Source: an uncultured bacterium (GTDB lineage: Bacteria > Margulisbacteria > WOR-1 > CAVSGV01). Taken from it: a stretch of DNA of 32,000 nt. The notes under the pieces were generated by a model that ran no database searches, had not been told where the DNA came from, and saw nothing but the letters and a program-made list of their open reading frames with translations. Location: contig OY969425.1 in NCBI GenBank assembly GCA_963699255.1, positions 1,680,001 through 1,712,000 on the forward strand, read 5' to 3'. This document shows positions 10,716 to 19,059 of this stretch, one piece after another. The translations under genes and the position numbers were made by a program. Position 1 is the first letter of the stretch; each line of letters starts with the position of its first letter.

Positions 10716-11971
10716 ATACTGTTTCCGGGATTTTTAATATCAAGGATCTAAGGAATAAACTCCTGTTCACTCTCGGGGTAATAGTCGTGTTCAGGCTCGG
10801 CGTTCACATACCGATCCCCGGGGTAGACAGCGTAAAGCTTACGCATATGTTCGGGGCGGGAAATCTTCTTAATTTCCTGGACCTGTTCACGGGCGGAGCT
10901 CTTGTGAAATTCTCTATTTTCGCGATGGGGATCGTGCCTTATATCAATGCCTCAATCATATTCCAGCTTTTGACGGCTGTTATTCCGCAGTTGGAAGAGA
11001 TGTCAAAAGAAGGAGATACTGGAAGAAAACAGATCGCGCAATACACAAGATACCTGACCGTTGTGCTTGCTGCGTTCCAGGCGTTCGGCATGGCTTTTTG
11101 GCTTAGAGGGGTATTGCTTCCCGGATACGATTTCAGGCTTTTCCTGATATCCGTCATTATACTCCTGACCGCGGGGACATCATTTGTGATGTGGCTTGGC
11201 GAGCTGATAACCGAGCACGGCATCGGGAATGGAGCTTCACTGATAATTTTCATAGGTATCGTTTCCAGGATCCCCACTTATATAGGCCAGACGATACTTT
11301 TACTAAAGGGCGGAGCAAGCGTGATCGGCGCTCTGATCCTGCTTGCGGTTTTTGTGCTTATGATCATTTCGATAGTCATAATAAGTGAGGCGCAAAGACG
11401 GATACCCGTGCAGTATGCGAAACGGATAATAGGGCGCCGTGTTTACGGCGGGCAGAGCACATATATCCCTCTCAGGTTGAACCAGGGCGGGGTCATACCG
11501 ATCATATTCGCTTCATCGGTCCTCCTTTTTCCTGCGACGATAGCGCAGTTCATCCCTGTGCCCTTTATGCAGTGGATAGCGGGGCAGCTTTCCCCTTCCA
11601 AGGGTTTGTATATGTGCCTTTACTTTTTGCTGATATTTTTCTTTACATATTTTTACACGGCCATCACTTTTAACCCGAAAGACCTGGCCGAGAACATAAA
11701 AAAATACGGAGGGTTCATAATGGGCATCCGGCCGGGAGAGAAGACGGCGGAGTATCTGGAAACTATCGTGACGAAGCTGACTTTTGTCGGGGCTCTTTTC
11801 CTGGCTGTCATAGCGATTGTCCCAACTATCATTGAGGGAGTAACGCATATAACTTCTTTTCAGGGGCTTGGGAGCACCGCTCTTCTTATCGTTGTAGGCG
11901 TTGCGCTCGATCTGGTGAGACAGGTAGAGACGCATCTTGTGACAAGGCAATATGAGGGGCTGTTGACTTGA
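10709..11971 (+). CDS. secY: Preprotein translocase subunit SecY (TTG start)
   Basis: Multi-TM; RLGVHIPIPGVD, GNGASLIIFIGIVSRIP, QRRIPVQYAKRI, KPGEKTAEYLE-like RPGEKTAEYLETIV. Confidence 0.97.
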   Translation: MLNTVSGIFNIKDLRNKLLFTLGVIVVFRLGVHIPIPGVDSVKLTHMFGAGNLLNFLDLFTGGALVKFSIFAMGIVPYINASIIFQLLTAVIPQLEEMSKEGDTGRKQIAQYTRYLTVVLAAFQAFGMAFWLRGVLLPGYDFRLFLISVIILLTAGTSFVMWLGELITEHGIGNGASLIIFIGIVSRIPTYIGQTILLLKGGASVIGALILLAVFVLMIISIVIISEAQRRIPVQYAKRIIGRRVYGGQSTYIPLRLNQGGVIPIIFASSVLLFPATIAQFIPVPFMQWIAGQLSPSKGLYMCLYFLLIFFFTYFYTAITFNPKDLAENIKKYGGFIMGIRPGEKTAEYLETIVTKLTFVGALFLAVIAIVPTIIEGVTHITSFQGLGSTALLIVVGVALDLVRQVETHLVTRQYEGLLT

Positions 11972-12624
11972 GCGGTGCGAACGTTTTTGTTTTGGCCGGC
12001 CCTCCGGGGTCGGGAAAGGGAACGCAGGCAAAGCTGCTCGCCCCAAAACTTAATGTTCCTCATATATCTTTGGGAGATCTTCTCCGTGAAGCGGTGAGGA
12101 GCGGCACGAAAACGGGCCTTCTTGCCAAGGGCTACCTGGATGCCGGCAAGTTAGTTCCGGATAAAGTTGCCATAGATGTGGCGGAAGAGGCCGTGAAAAA
12201 AGAAGAGTGCCGAAAAGGTTTTGTGATCGACGGTTTTCCGAGGACCTTGGAGCAGGCGGTCCTGTTCGATAAACTGCTTGGCAGGCTGAAGTTCAATTTG
12301 GCCAAGGTTTTGTATATCGATATCCCGATGGCGGAGATATTAAGAAGGCTTACCGGCAGAAGAAGCTGCAGGAAGTGCGGGGCGGTTTTCCATATAGCGT
12401 TCAACCCGCCGAAAGCTGAAAATAAATGTGATAGCTGCGGCGGAGAGCTCTATCAAAGGCATGATGACACGGAAGAAGTCATTAAGGTCAGGTATGAAGT
12501 GTATAAGAAGCAGACCATGCCATTGATAGATTATTATACAAAGAGCGGCAAACTGGCCAAAATAGACGGGACTAAAGCGGTAGCCGATGTCTTTAAGGAA
12601 GTATGTAACGCGGTAGGAGTCTGA
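11968..12624 (+). CDS. adk: Adenylate kinase with Cys4 lid
   Basis: LAGPPGSGKGTQA P-loop; ISLGDLLR; GFVIDGFPRT; CRKCG...CDSCGG lid. Confidence 0.97.
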   Translation: MSGANVFVLAGPPGSGKGTQAKLLAPKLNVPHISLGDLLREAVRSGTKTGLLAKGYLDAGKLVPDKVAIDVAEEAVKKEECRKGFVIDGFPRTLEQAVLFDKLLGRLKFNLAKVLYIDIPMAEILRRLTGRRSCRKCGAVFHIAFNPPKAENKCDSCGGELYQRHDDTEEVIKVRYEVYKKQTMPLIDYYTKSGKLAKIDGTKAVADVFKEVCNAVGV

Positions 12625-12630
12625 AGTCTG

Positions 12631-13380
12631 ATGTCGTTAATTAAAACTGAGCCTGAGATCGAGAAGATAAAAAAGGCATGCAGGGTTTCGGCGGAAATAC
12701 TGGGCGAAATAAAGGGAGTTATCAGGATCGGCATTACTACCGCGGAGATCGAAAAATTTGCCGATGGTCTTTTTGAAAAACAAGGCGCGATCCCCGCTTT
12801 TAAGGGTTACAGGGGATATAAATACGCGACTTGTCTTTCTGTTAACGAGGAAATAGTGCACGGCTTGCCGTCCGAGAGGCGTCTTGAGGACGGGGATATA
12901 ATCGGCGTTGATGTGGGCGCTATTGTTGATGGATATTACGGGGACAATGCGGAGACTTTCCCGGTCGGAAAAATATCCGCGAAGGTGAAGAGGCTCCTGT
13001 CCACGACAAGATCCGCCCTTTACAAGGGGATAGCGCAGGCAAGTGAAGGCAAGCATTTAGGGGATGTGTCCAGCGCTATCGAGGAAGAGGCTGTAAAGAA
13101 CGGTTTTTCGGTCGTTAAAGATCTTTACGGGCACGGGGTCGGAAGCGCTCTTCATGAGGATCCGCTGGTCCCGAACTTCGGAAAGAGGGGGACCGGCATG
13201 GCGCTTAAAGCCGGGATGACAGTGGCGATAGAGCCGATGTTGAATATTGGAGGATCTGATATTAAGACTTTGGATGATGGATGGACGATAGTTACGGCGG
13301 ACGGGAGCCTTTCCGCTCACTTTGAGCATACGATACTTATAACGAAGGGCACGCCGATAATATTGACCAGGCGGGACTAA
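12631..13380 (+). CDS. map: Methionine aminopeptidase type I
   Basis: [63 protein letters not shown]. Confidence 0.97.
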   Translation: MSLIKTEPEIEKIKKACRVSAEILGEIKGVIRIGITTAEIEKFADGLFEKQGAIPAFKGYRGYKYATCLSVNEEIVHGLPSERRLEDGDIIGVDVGAIVDGYYGDNAETFPVGKISAKVKRLLSTTRSALYKGIAQASEGKHLGDVSSAIEEEAVKNGFSVVKDLYGHGVGSALHEDPLVPNFGKRGTGMALKAGMTVAIEPMLNIGGSDIKTLDDGWTIVTADGSLSAHFEHTILITKGTPIILTRRD

Positions 13381-13384
13381 AAAA

Positions 13385-13606
13385 ATGGTGAAGGATAAAG
13401 ATGTCATAGAACTTGACGGAGAGGTGACCGAAGCGTTGCCCAATGCTTTGTTCAGAGTGAAACTTGAGACCGGTCAGATGGTCTTGGCGCATGTGTCAGG
13501 TAAGATCAGGAAGAATTTTATAAGGATACTTCCTGGGGATAAGGTCAAGGTTGAGCTTTCACCTTATGATCTTACCCGCGGACGTATCACTTTCAGGTCA
13601 AAATAG
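13385..13606 (+). CDS. infA: Translation initiation factor IF-1
   Basis: [62 protein letters not shown]. Confidence 0.98.
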   Translation: MVKDKDVIELDGEVTEALPNALFRVKLETGQMVLAHVSGKIRKNFIRILPGDKVKVELSPYDLTRGRITFRSK

Positions 13607-13616
13607 GAGGATCTAT

Positions 13617-13730
13617 ATGAAAGTCAGGGCGTCAGTTAAAAAAATGTGTGACAGTTGCAAGGTGGTCAGACGAAAAGGGCGTGTCAGGATCATCTGCAAG
13701 AATCCGAAGCATAAGCAGAGACAAGGTTAG
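13617..13730 (+). CDS. rpmJ: 50S ribosomal protein L36 (37 aa; absent from supplied ORF track)
   Basis: Translated by eye: [37 protein letters not shown], CxxC + C..H zinc motif; between infA and rpsM. Confidence 0.95.
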   Translation: MKVRASVKKMCDSCKVVRRKGRVRIICKNPKHKQRQG

Positions 13731-13748
13731 TACTGGGGGTAAAATATT

Positions 13749-14135
13749 ATGGCTCGAATAGCTGGTGTTGATCTGCCATCGAATAAAAGGGTGGAGATAG
13801 GACTTACGTATATTTACGGTATCGGAAGGGCCCTGGCTCTTGAAATACTGGACAGAGCCAAGATCGATCCTGCGCGGCGCGCGAAGGACCTGTCTGAATC
13901 CGATGTCGTTGCCCTTAGGGATATCATAAAGGACTATACGGTTGAGGGAGATCTGCGCAAGGAACTGCAGATGAACATTAAAAGATTGATGGATATCGGG
14001 ACGTACAGGGGGCAGAGGCACAAAAGAGGGCTTCCTGCCAGGGGACAGCGCACCAGAACGAACGCAAGAACAAAGAGAGGCAAACGTAAAACTGTGGGCG
14101 CCGGACATAAGAAGGTAGAAATCAAGAAGGAGTAA
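13749..14135 (+). CDS. rpsM: 30S ribosomal protein S13
   Basis: [27 protein letters not shown]...[28 protein letters not shown]. Confidence 0.97.
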   Translation: MARIAGVDLPSNKRVEIGLTYIYGIGRALALEILDRAKIDPARRAKDLSESDVVALRDIIKDYTVEGDLRKELQMNIKRLMDIGTYRGQRHKRGLPARGQRTRTNARTKRGKRKTVGAGHKKVEIKKE

Positions 14136-14141
14136 AGCAAT

Positions 14142-14531
14142 ATGACAGCGGTTACGGTCAAAAAAAAGAAAGAGAAAAAGCACGTAGGGAGCGTAGGAAT
14201 AGCGCATATCAAGTCGACCTTTAATAATACGATAGTTTCCATTTCCGATACGAGCGGGAACATTATAGTATGGGGGTCGGCCGGGAACGTCGGTTTTAAA
14301 GGTACAAAAAAGGGAACGCCTTTTGCGGCGCAGTTAGCAGCGGAGACTGTCGCAAGGAAAGCGGTTGAGGCGGGAGTTAAAGAAGTCAGCGTTCTGGTGA
14401 AGGGTCCGGGTGCGGGAAGGGAGACAGCTATCAGGGCTCTTCAGGGGGCGGGGCTTGAAATCAGCTCTATTAAGGACGTAACTCCTATTCCGCATAACGG
14501 TTGCAGGCCGAGAAAGAAAAGAAGGGTTTAG
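14142..14531 (+). CDS. rpsK: 30S ribosomal protein S11
   Basis: [50 protein letters not shown]. Confidence 0.98.
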   Translation: MTAVTVKKKKEKKHVGSVGIAHIKSTFNNTIVSISDTSGNIIVWGSAGNVGFKGTKKGTPFAAQLAAETVARKAVEAGVKEVSVLVKGPGAGRETAIRALQGAGLEISSIKDVTPIPHNGCRPRKKRRV

Positions 14532-14574
14532 AGTGGAGTTGAACAAAGTTAATTCATTTTTTAAGGGGTGAGAT

Positions 14575-15195
14575 ATGGGGCGTCATATTAAAGCGGTTTG
14601 TAGGTTGTGCAGGCGAGAAGGCAATAAACTGTTCTTGAAAGGGGACAGATGCTATACCGAGAAATGCTCGTTCAAGAGAAGGGAATATGCTCCCGGACAG
14701 CACGGGCAGTTGCCTTTAAAGTCCTCTGAATACAGCATAAGGCTGCGCGAGAAGCAGAAGGCCAGGCGTATTTATGGGATATCGGAGAGACAGTTTAAAA
14801 CATATTTTGAGCGAGCGCTCAAGTGGAGAGGGGTTACGGGAGAAAAGCTGCTGGAGCTCCTTGAGAGGCGTCTTGATAATGTAATTTACAGACTTGGGTT
14901 TGTGCCGTCGCGCGCGCAGGCCCGTCAAATCGTCACGCACGGACACATAATCCTGAACGGCAGAAAAGTTAATATTCCTTCTCTGTCGGTAAAGACCGGC
15001 GATGTTATAAAGATCAAGGAGGGTATATCCCCCAAGATCAGGGAGAACCTGGAAAAGGCGGGGGAGAGGACGCCTCCAAACTGGTTAAGCATGAATGCCG
15101 CTTCCCTTGAAGGGAAGATCGAATCAATGCCTGAAAGGAAAGATATCGGAGAAGCGATAACGGAATCAATGATAGTCGAGTTCTATTCAAGATAA
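14575..15195 (+). CDS. rpsD: 30S ribosomal protein S4 (zinc-binding, Cys4 form)
   Basis: MGRHIKAVCRLCRREGNKLFLKGDRCYTEKCSFKRR...YAPGQHG...LERRLDNVIYRLGFVPSRAQARQIVTHGHI. Confidence 0.97.
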   Translation: MGRHIKAVCRLCRREGNKLFLKGDRCYTEKCSFKRREYAPGQHGQLPLKSSEYSIRLREKQKARRIYGISERQFKTYFERALKWRGVTGEKLLELLERRLDNVIYRLGFVPSRAQARQIVTHGHIILNGRKVNIPSLSVKTGDVIKIKEGISPKIRENLEKAGERTPPNWLSMNAASLEGKIESMPERKDIGEAITESMIVEFYSR

Positions 15196-15196
15196 A

Positions 15197-15213
15197 CCCC
15201 GAAAAATTCGGGG
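15197..15213 (+). promoter_or_regulatory. Intercistronic hairpin D, CCCCGAA-AAA-TTCGGGG, between rpsD and rpoA
   Basis: Perfect 7-bp stem. Confidence 0.45.
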
Positions 15214-15229
15214 CAAGGAGGGTATATAA

Positions 15230-16204
15230 ATGATTATGTTAGGAGAAAAACCTTGGGTGAGATATGTCCCGCAGACGGAGAACTACGGAAAGTTCATTGT
15301 GGAGCCGCTTGAGAGAGGGTATGGCTCCACGCTTGGCAACTCTTTAAGGCGCGTTCTACTGTCATCGCTTATGGGGGCTGCCGTTACTTCGGTGAAAATA
15401 GAGAACGTTTCTCATCAGTTTTCGACGATCCCAGGCGTTGTAGAGGATGTTCTGCAGATAATATTGAACATCAAGGAGATGGTGATCAGATCGCATACCG
15501 ACGAGACTAGGATGATAACGCTTAAGGCAAAAGGGAAAGGTCAAGTGAAGGCGAGCGATATAACGCATGATGCGGATATAGATATAGTGAACGGCGACCT
15601 GGTGATAGCGAATCTTGAAAACAACGGGAAGCTGAACATTGAGATGGTCGTTGAGCCAGGCAAGGGATATGTTGTTGCCGAGAGGAACAAAAAGCCGAAT
15701 CAGCCGCTGGGAACGATCCCGATAGACTCTATTTTTACGCCGGTGCTTAAGGTAAATATCACTACGGAAGAGGTCAGAGTGGGTCAGGAAATAAATTATG
15801 ACAGGTTGATCCTTGATGTTTGGACTAACGGCTCCATCACTCCCGAAGATGCGGTGAAAGAAAGCGCGAAGATACTTGCCAGACACGTCGACATGTTCGT
15901 TAACCTTGGCCAGCGCGCGGAATCGCTTGGAATAGCTGCTTCCGGCAAAGAAGAGGCGAAGGAATCGATCATTGAAATGAACATAGACGACCTTGAGCTT
16001 TCCGCGAGAAGTTCAAATTGCTTGAAAAAAGCCGGGATCAAGACGGTCGGAGAACTGATAGATTACTCGGAACTCGATCTGATGAAAATAAAGAATTTTG
16101 GCGCGAAATCCGCCAAAGAGGTCATTGAAAAGCTAAGGGAATATAAGCTGTCCTTGAAGGAATCAGAAGGGGAAACTGGAGGCAGTGGTGAGACACAGAA
16201 ATAA
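15230..16204 (+). CDS. rpoA: DNA-directed RNA polymerase subunit alpha
   Basis: FIVEPLERGYGSTLGNSLRRVLLSSLMGAAVT; alpha-CTD ELSARSSNCLKKAGIKTVGELI...KNFGAKSAKEV. Confidence 0.98.
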   Translation: MIMLGEKPWVRYVPQTENYGKFIVEPLERGYGSTLGNSLRRVLLSSLMGAAVTSVKIENVSHQFSTIPGVVEDVLQIILNIKEMVIRSHTDETRMITLKAKGKGQVKASDITHDADIDIVNGDLVIANLENNGKLNIEMVVEPGKGYVVAERNKKPNQPLGTIPIDSIFTPVLKVNITTEEVRVGQEINYDRLILDVWTNGSITPEDAVKESAKILARHVDMFVNLGQRAESLGIAASGKEEAKESIIEMNIDDLELSARSSNCLKKAGIKTVGELIDYSELDLMKIKNFGAKSAKEVIEKLREYKLSLKESEGETGGSGETQK

Positions 16205-16538
16205 GGTCAAGAAGTTAAGCAGGCCTACAGACCAGAGAATTGCGTTGCTGAGAAGCATCGTGATGTCGCTTTTGCAGCACGGGAAGGTCGAGGTCACTAT
16301 AACAAGAGCAAAAGAGGCAAGGCGAATGGCGGAACGCATCATAACTCTTTCAAAATACGGCGACATCGCTTCCAGAAGAAAAGCTTTTGCTTTATTAAGG
16401 GACAGGGACCTTATTAAAAGGATCTTTACCGAATTTCCGATAAGATACGAAGGAAGAGCGGGCGGATATACCAGGATAATCAAGATCGGAGCTAATCGAG
16501 GTGACAATGCTCCGAAGGCATATTTAGAACTTGTTTGA
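16185..16538 (+). CDS. rplQ: 50S ribosomal protein L17
   Basis: MVRHRNKVKKLSRPTDQRIALLRSIVMSLLQHGKVEVTITRAKEAR. Confidence 0.96.
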   Translation: MVRHRNKVKKLSRPTDQRIALLRSIVMSLLQHGKVEVTITRAKEARRMAERIITLSKYGDIASRRKAFALLRDRDLIKRIFTEFPIRYEGRAGGYTRIIKIGANRGDNAPKAYLELV

Positions 16539-17302
16539 AGAACGTAAAGATAGTTTTTAGTTATGACGGCGGGCTATTTTTTGGATCTCAGTCTCAGGAC
16601 AACAAAAAAACCGTTCAGGATGAGTTAGAGCTCGCGATATTCAAGCTGACGGGGGAAAAACTAAGGGTGACGCCTGCCGGGCGGACCGACAGGGGAGTTC
16701 ACGCGTTATCCCAAGCAGCCAATTTTGTTACGAGTTCTATTATTCCTATAGATAAGTTCCCGCAAGCCTTGAACAGCAAGCTTTGCGAAGGTATAGTTGT
16801 TAAAGAAGCTAGTGAAGTTCCTTTTACTTTTAATGCGAGGAAACAGGCAAAGAAGCGGGAATATCTTTATTTTGTTTATAACGGGGCCCAAATGCCGGTG
16901 CTCTTTTGGGGCAAGGTTTTACAGGTGACCAAGCCCGTTGATCTGAAGAGGATGTCGGAAGCTGCCCAGTTGTTCGTTGGAAAGCATTGTTTTGTAAATT
17001 TTTGCGGTAAAGGCAGCAGCCAAAATCACTACTACAGGCGGGTTCATGAGTTGGAAGTTAATCTTGCCGGAAGTGATCTGATAAAGAAGCTTGGTCTTAA
17101 GGGAGAACTTATTTGTTTCAGGATCATTGCGGACTCATTTTTGTATAAGATGGTCAGGTTCATTGTCGGGACGCTTTTGGACGTGGGAACGGGCAGGATA
17201 GATGCCAGGGTAGTGAAGAAAATGGTAAAGGGCGATCATGTCAATGTTAGATGTCCGGTTGTTGCGCCTTGCGGCCTTTACTTAAGTAATGTAATATATT
17301 GA
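16535..17302 (+). CDS. truA: tRNA pseudouridine(38-40) synthase TruA (TTG start)
   Basis: FSYDGGLFFGSQSQ; AGRTDRGVHALSQAANF; FLYKMVRFIVGTLLDVGTGR. Confidence 0.95.
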   Translation: MKNVKIVFSYDGGLFFGSQSQDNKKTVQDELELAIFKLTGEKLRVTPAGRTDRGVHALSQAANFVTSSIIPIDKFPQALNSKLCEGIVVKEASEVPFTFNARKQAKKREYLYFVYNGAQMPVLFWGKVLQVTKPVDLKRMSEAAQLFVGKHCFVNFCGKGSSQNHYYRRVHELEVNLAGSDLIKKLGLKGELICFRIIADSFLYKMVRFIVGTLLDVGTGRIDARVVKKMVKGDHVNVRCPVVAPCGLYLSNVIY

Positions 17303-17310
17303 GGTAGAAA

Positions 17311-17747
17311 ATGAAAAAATTAAAAACATACAGCACGAAAGCCTCTGAAATAGAGAGAAAGTGGTACCTTGTGGACGCCAAAGGCAAAACGCTTGGCCGG
17401 TTCGCCTGCAAAGTTGCCGGTATTATCATGGGAAAAGGAAAGGTTAATTTTACGAAGCACCTCGACATGGGAGATTTTGTCATTGTTATTAATGCTGCCG
17501 AGATCTCGGTTACCGGAAAAAAAGATAACCAAAAGATCTATTTTTCACACTCGGGATATCCCGGGGGGACAAAAAGCTTAATTTTAAGCATCTGATCATC
17601 CGTCAACCTGAGCGAATTATAAGGCAGGCGGTTTGGGGCATGTTGCCGCAGAACAGATTGGGCAGGGCGATGCTCAAGAAGCTCAAGATATTCGCGAATG
17701 CGAATCATGATCATTCAGCTCAGCAACCTGAAAAGATAGATATATAA
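17311..17747 (+). CDS. rplM: 50S ribosomal protein L13, interrupted by an apparent -1 frameshift near 17563-17576 (frame 1 half 17311..17595, then continues in the -1 frame to TAA at 17745-17747)
   Basis: First part [49 protein letters not shown]...[10 protein letters not shown]; second part in the -1 frame ...[57 protein letters not shown]. Confidence 0.93.
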
Positions 17748-17751
17748 GGGG

Positions 17752-18492
17752 ATGAAAATGAAAAAACCGGAAAGTAAAAAAGGGAAAAAAGAAATAAAAA
17801 AGTCCGCAAAAGGCGCCGTGCCTGCTGGCAGGCAGGGATCCGCCTCTGGCGGAAAAGACGCAAAGAAAACCGCGCCAAAGGTGAAAAAAGAAGCCAAGAA
17901 GACCCTTCCCGCTCATCCGGCCGCTAAGCAGGCTGTAAAGCCTGAGTCCGCGGGCGAACAGGAACTTAAGCCCAAGAAGGCAGTAAAGGAAGCTACGCCG
18001 AAGATCGAGGTTCCGAAGCAGCCCCGCATAGAAAAAGCTCATGTCGAGAGAGCTCCGATTGAAGCGCAAAAAGTGGCGCCTGAAAAAAAGAAGCCTCCGA
18101 AGATAGTCCAGTATCATGGTACAGGCGGAAGAAAAACGTCCGGAGCAAGGGTTTGGATCTCGCAGGGTACCGGGCGCTACATCATAAACGGGAAGCCGCT
18201 TGAAAACTACACATGCAAAAGAAATCTGCTGTTAAAAATGGCCATGGAGCCGTTTGTCGTGACAAATACGCTTGGAAAGTATGATGTTCAAGCGAATGCT
18301 AATGGTGGCGGGATATGTTCTCAGATCGGAGCTGTAAGACAAGCCGTATCAGTGGCGATCATGCGGGCTAATCCGGAATTCAGGGCTGTATTGAAGAAGG
18401 CTGGCCTTTTAACAAGGGATTCGAGGATGAAAGAAAGAAAGAAATTCGGTCAGAAGAGAGCTAGAAAAAGATTCCAGTATTCTAAGAGATAG
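17752..18492 (+). CDS. rpsI: 30S ribosomal protein S9 with ~110-aa Lys/Ala/Pro-rich N-terminal extension
   Basis: C-terminal S9 core VQYHGTGGRKTSGARVWISQGTGRYIINGKPLENY...SVAIMRANPEFRAVLKKAGLLTRDSRMKERKKFGQKRARKRFQYSKR. Confidence 0.94.
   Translation: MKMKKPESKKGKKEIKKSAKGAVPAGRQGSASGGKDAKKTAPKVKKEAKKTLPAHPAAKQAVKPESAGEQELKPKKAVKEATPKIEVPKQPRIEKAHVERAPIEAQKVAPEKKKPPKIVQYHGTGGRKTSGARVWISQGTGRYIINGKPLENYTCKRNLLLKMAMEPFVVTNTLGKYDVQANANGGGICSQIGAVRQAVSVAIMRANPEFRAVLKKAGLLTRDSRMKERKKFGQKRARKRFQYSKR
17820..17853 (+). repeat. Double-palindrome element E inside the rpsI extension (GCCTGC-TG-GCAGGC AGGGA TCCGCC-TCT-GGCGGA)
   Basis: Two adjacent perfect 6-bp stems (17820-17825/17828-17833, 17839-17844/17848-17853); translated in frame as VPAGRQGSASGGK. 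Confidence 0.6.
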
Positions 18493-18504
18493 AAGGGATG
18501 TTTT

Positions 18505-19044
18505 ATGGCTCATAGGTCAGTTAACGTCGGCGGGAAAATGTTCAATGAACACATCGAGTTCGATAGAGTGGGCGAACTTCTCCGCGATCCTTATATGCCC
18601 GCCAAAGGCTTCCCCGAGCCCAATATTTGTCCGGTCTGCAACGTTGTGTACCACAAAAAACACTGGTCATTTGACCCCAACCTGCTGGCTGAAACCAGGA
18701 AAGAAAAGAACATAAAATCCGTTAAATGCCCCGCGTGCAGAAAGATCGAAGACAAATACGCGATGGGCAAGGTTTTATTGACCGGAAGCTTTGTAGCGGA
18801 GCACATGGAGGAGCTGTTGAATGTCATTAAAAGCGAAGAAAGACGCGCAAGGGACAACAATCCTCTCGACAGGCTTATTTTTGTGGAAAAACGGGATGGC
18901 GGGATATATGCCGAGACCACGTCTGATGCACTGGCAATGAGGGTAGGGCATCATTTGAAAGAAGCCTATAAGGGCGGCGCAGAGAATTTTAAATTCAGGC
19001 GCGGGGACAAGTTCGTTGAAATAGACTGGCACAGAGATCTATAG
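18505..19044 (+). CDS. BCAM0308-like zinc-ribbon protein of unknown function
   Basis: FPEPNICPVCNVVYHKKHW...VKCPACRKIEDKYAMGKVLLTGSFVAEHMEELLNVIKSEERRARDNNPLDRLI: two CxxC pairs and the family's recalled core layout. Confidence 0.65.
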   Translation: MAHRSVNVGGKMFNEHIEFDRVGELLRDPYMPAKGFPEPNICPVCNVVYHKKHWSFDPNLLAETRKEKNIKSVKCPACRKIEDKYAMGKVLLTGSFVAEHMEELLNVIKSEERRARDNNPLDRLIFVEKRDGGIYAETTSDALAMRVGHHLKEAYKGGAENFKFRRGDKFVEIDWHRDL

Positions 19045-19059
19045 AAAGGGGAGCTTAAT

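Noticed and set aside
257-17483. Numerous minus-strand and alternative-frame ORFs (60-190 aa) across the ribosomal operon, e.g. 1432..1863, 2619..3092, 5507..5953, 11513..12046, 13632..14207, 15362..15886
   Set aside because: Each lies wholly or largely over a confidently identified ribosomal or housekeeping gene, and translations are low complexity or lack any motif. They are shadow ORFs.
17369-17581. 70-aa ORF inside rplM region
   Set aside because: It is an alternative frame over the conserved first part of L13, and its protein is not L13-like. The frameshift continuation of L13 starts later, in the -1 frame.
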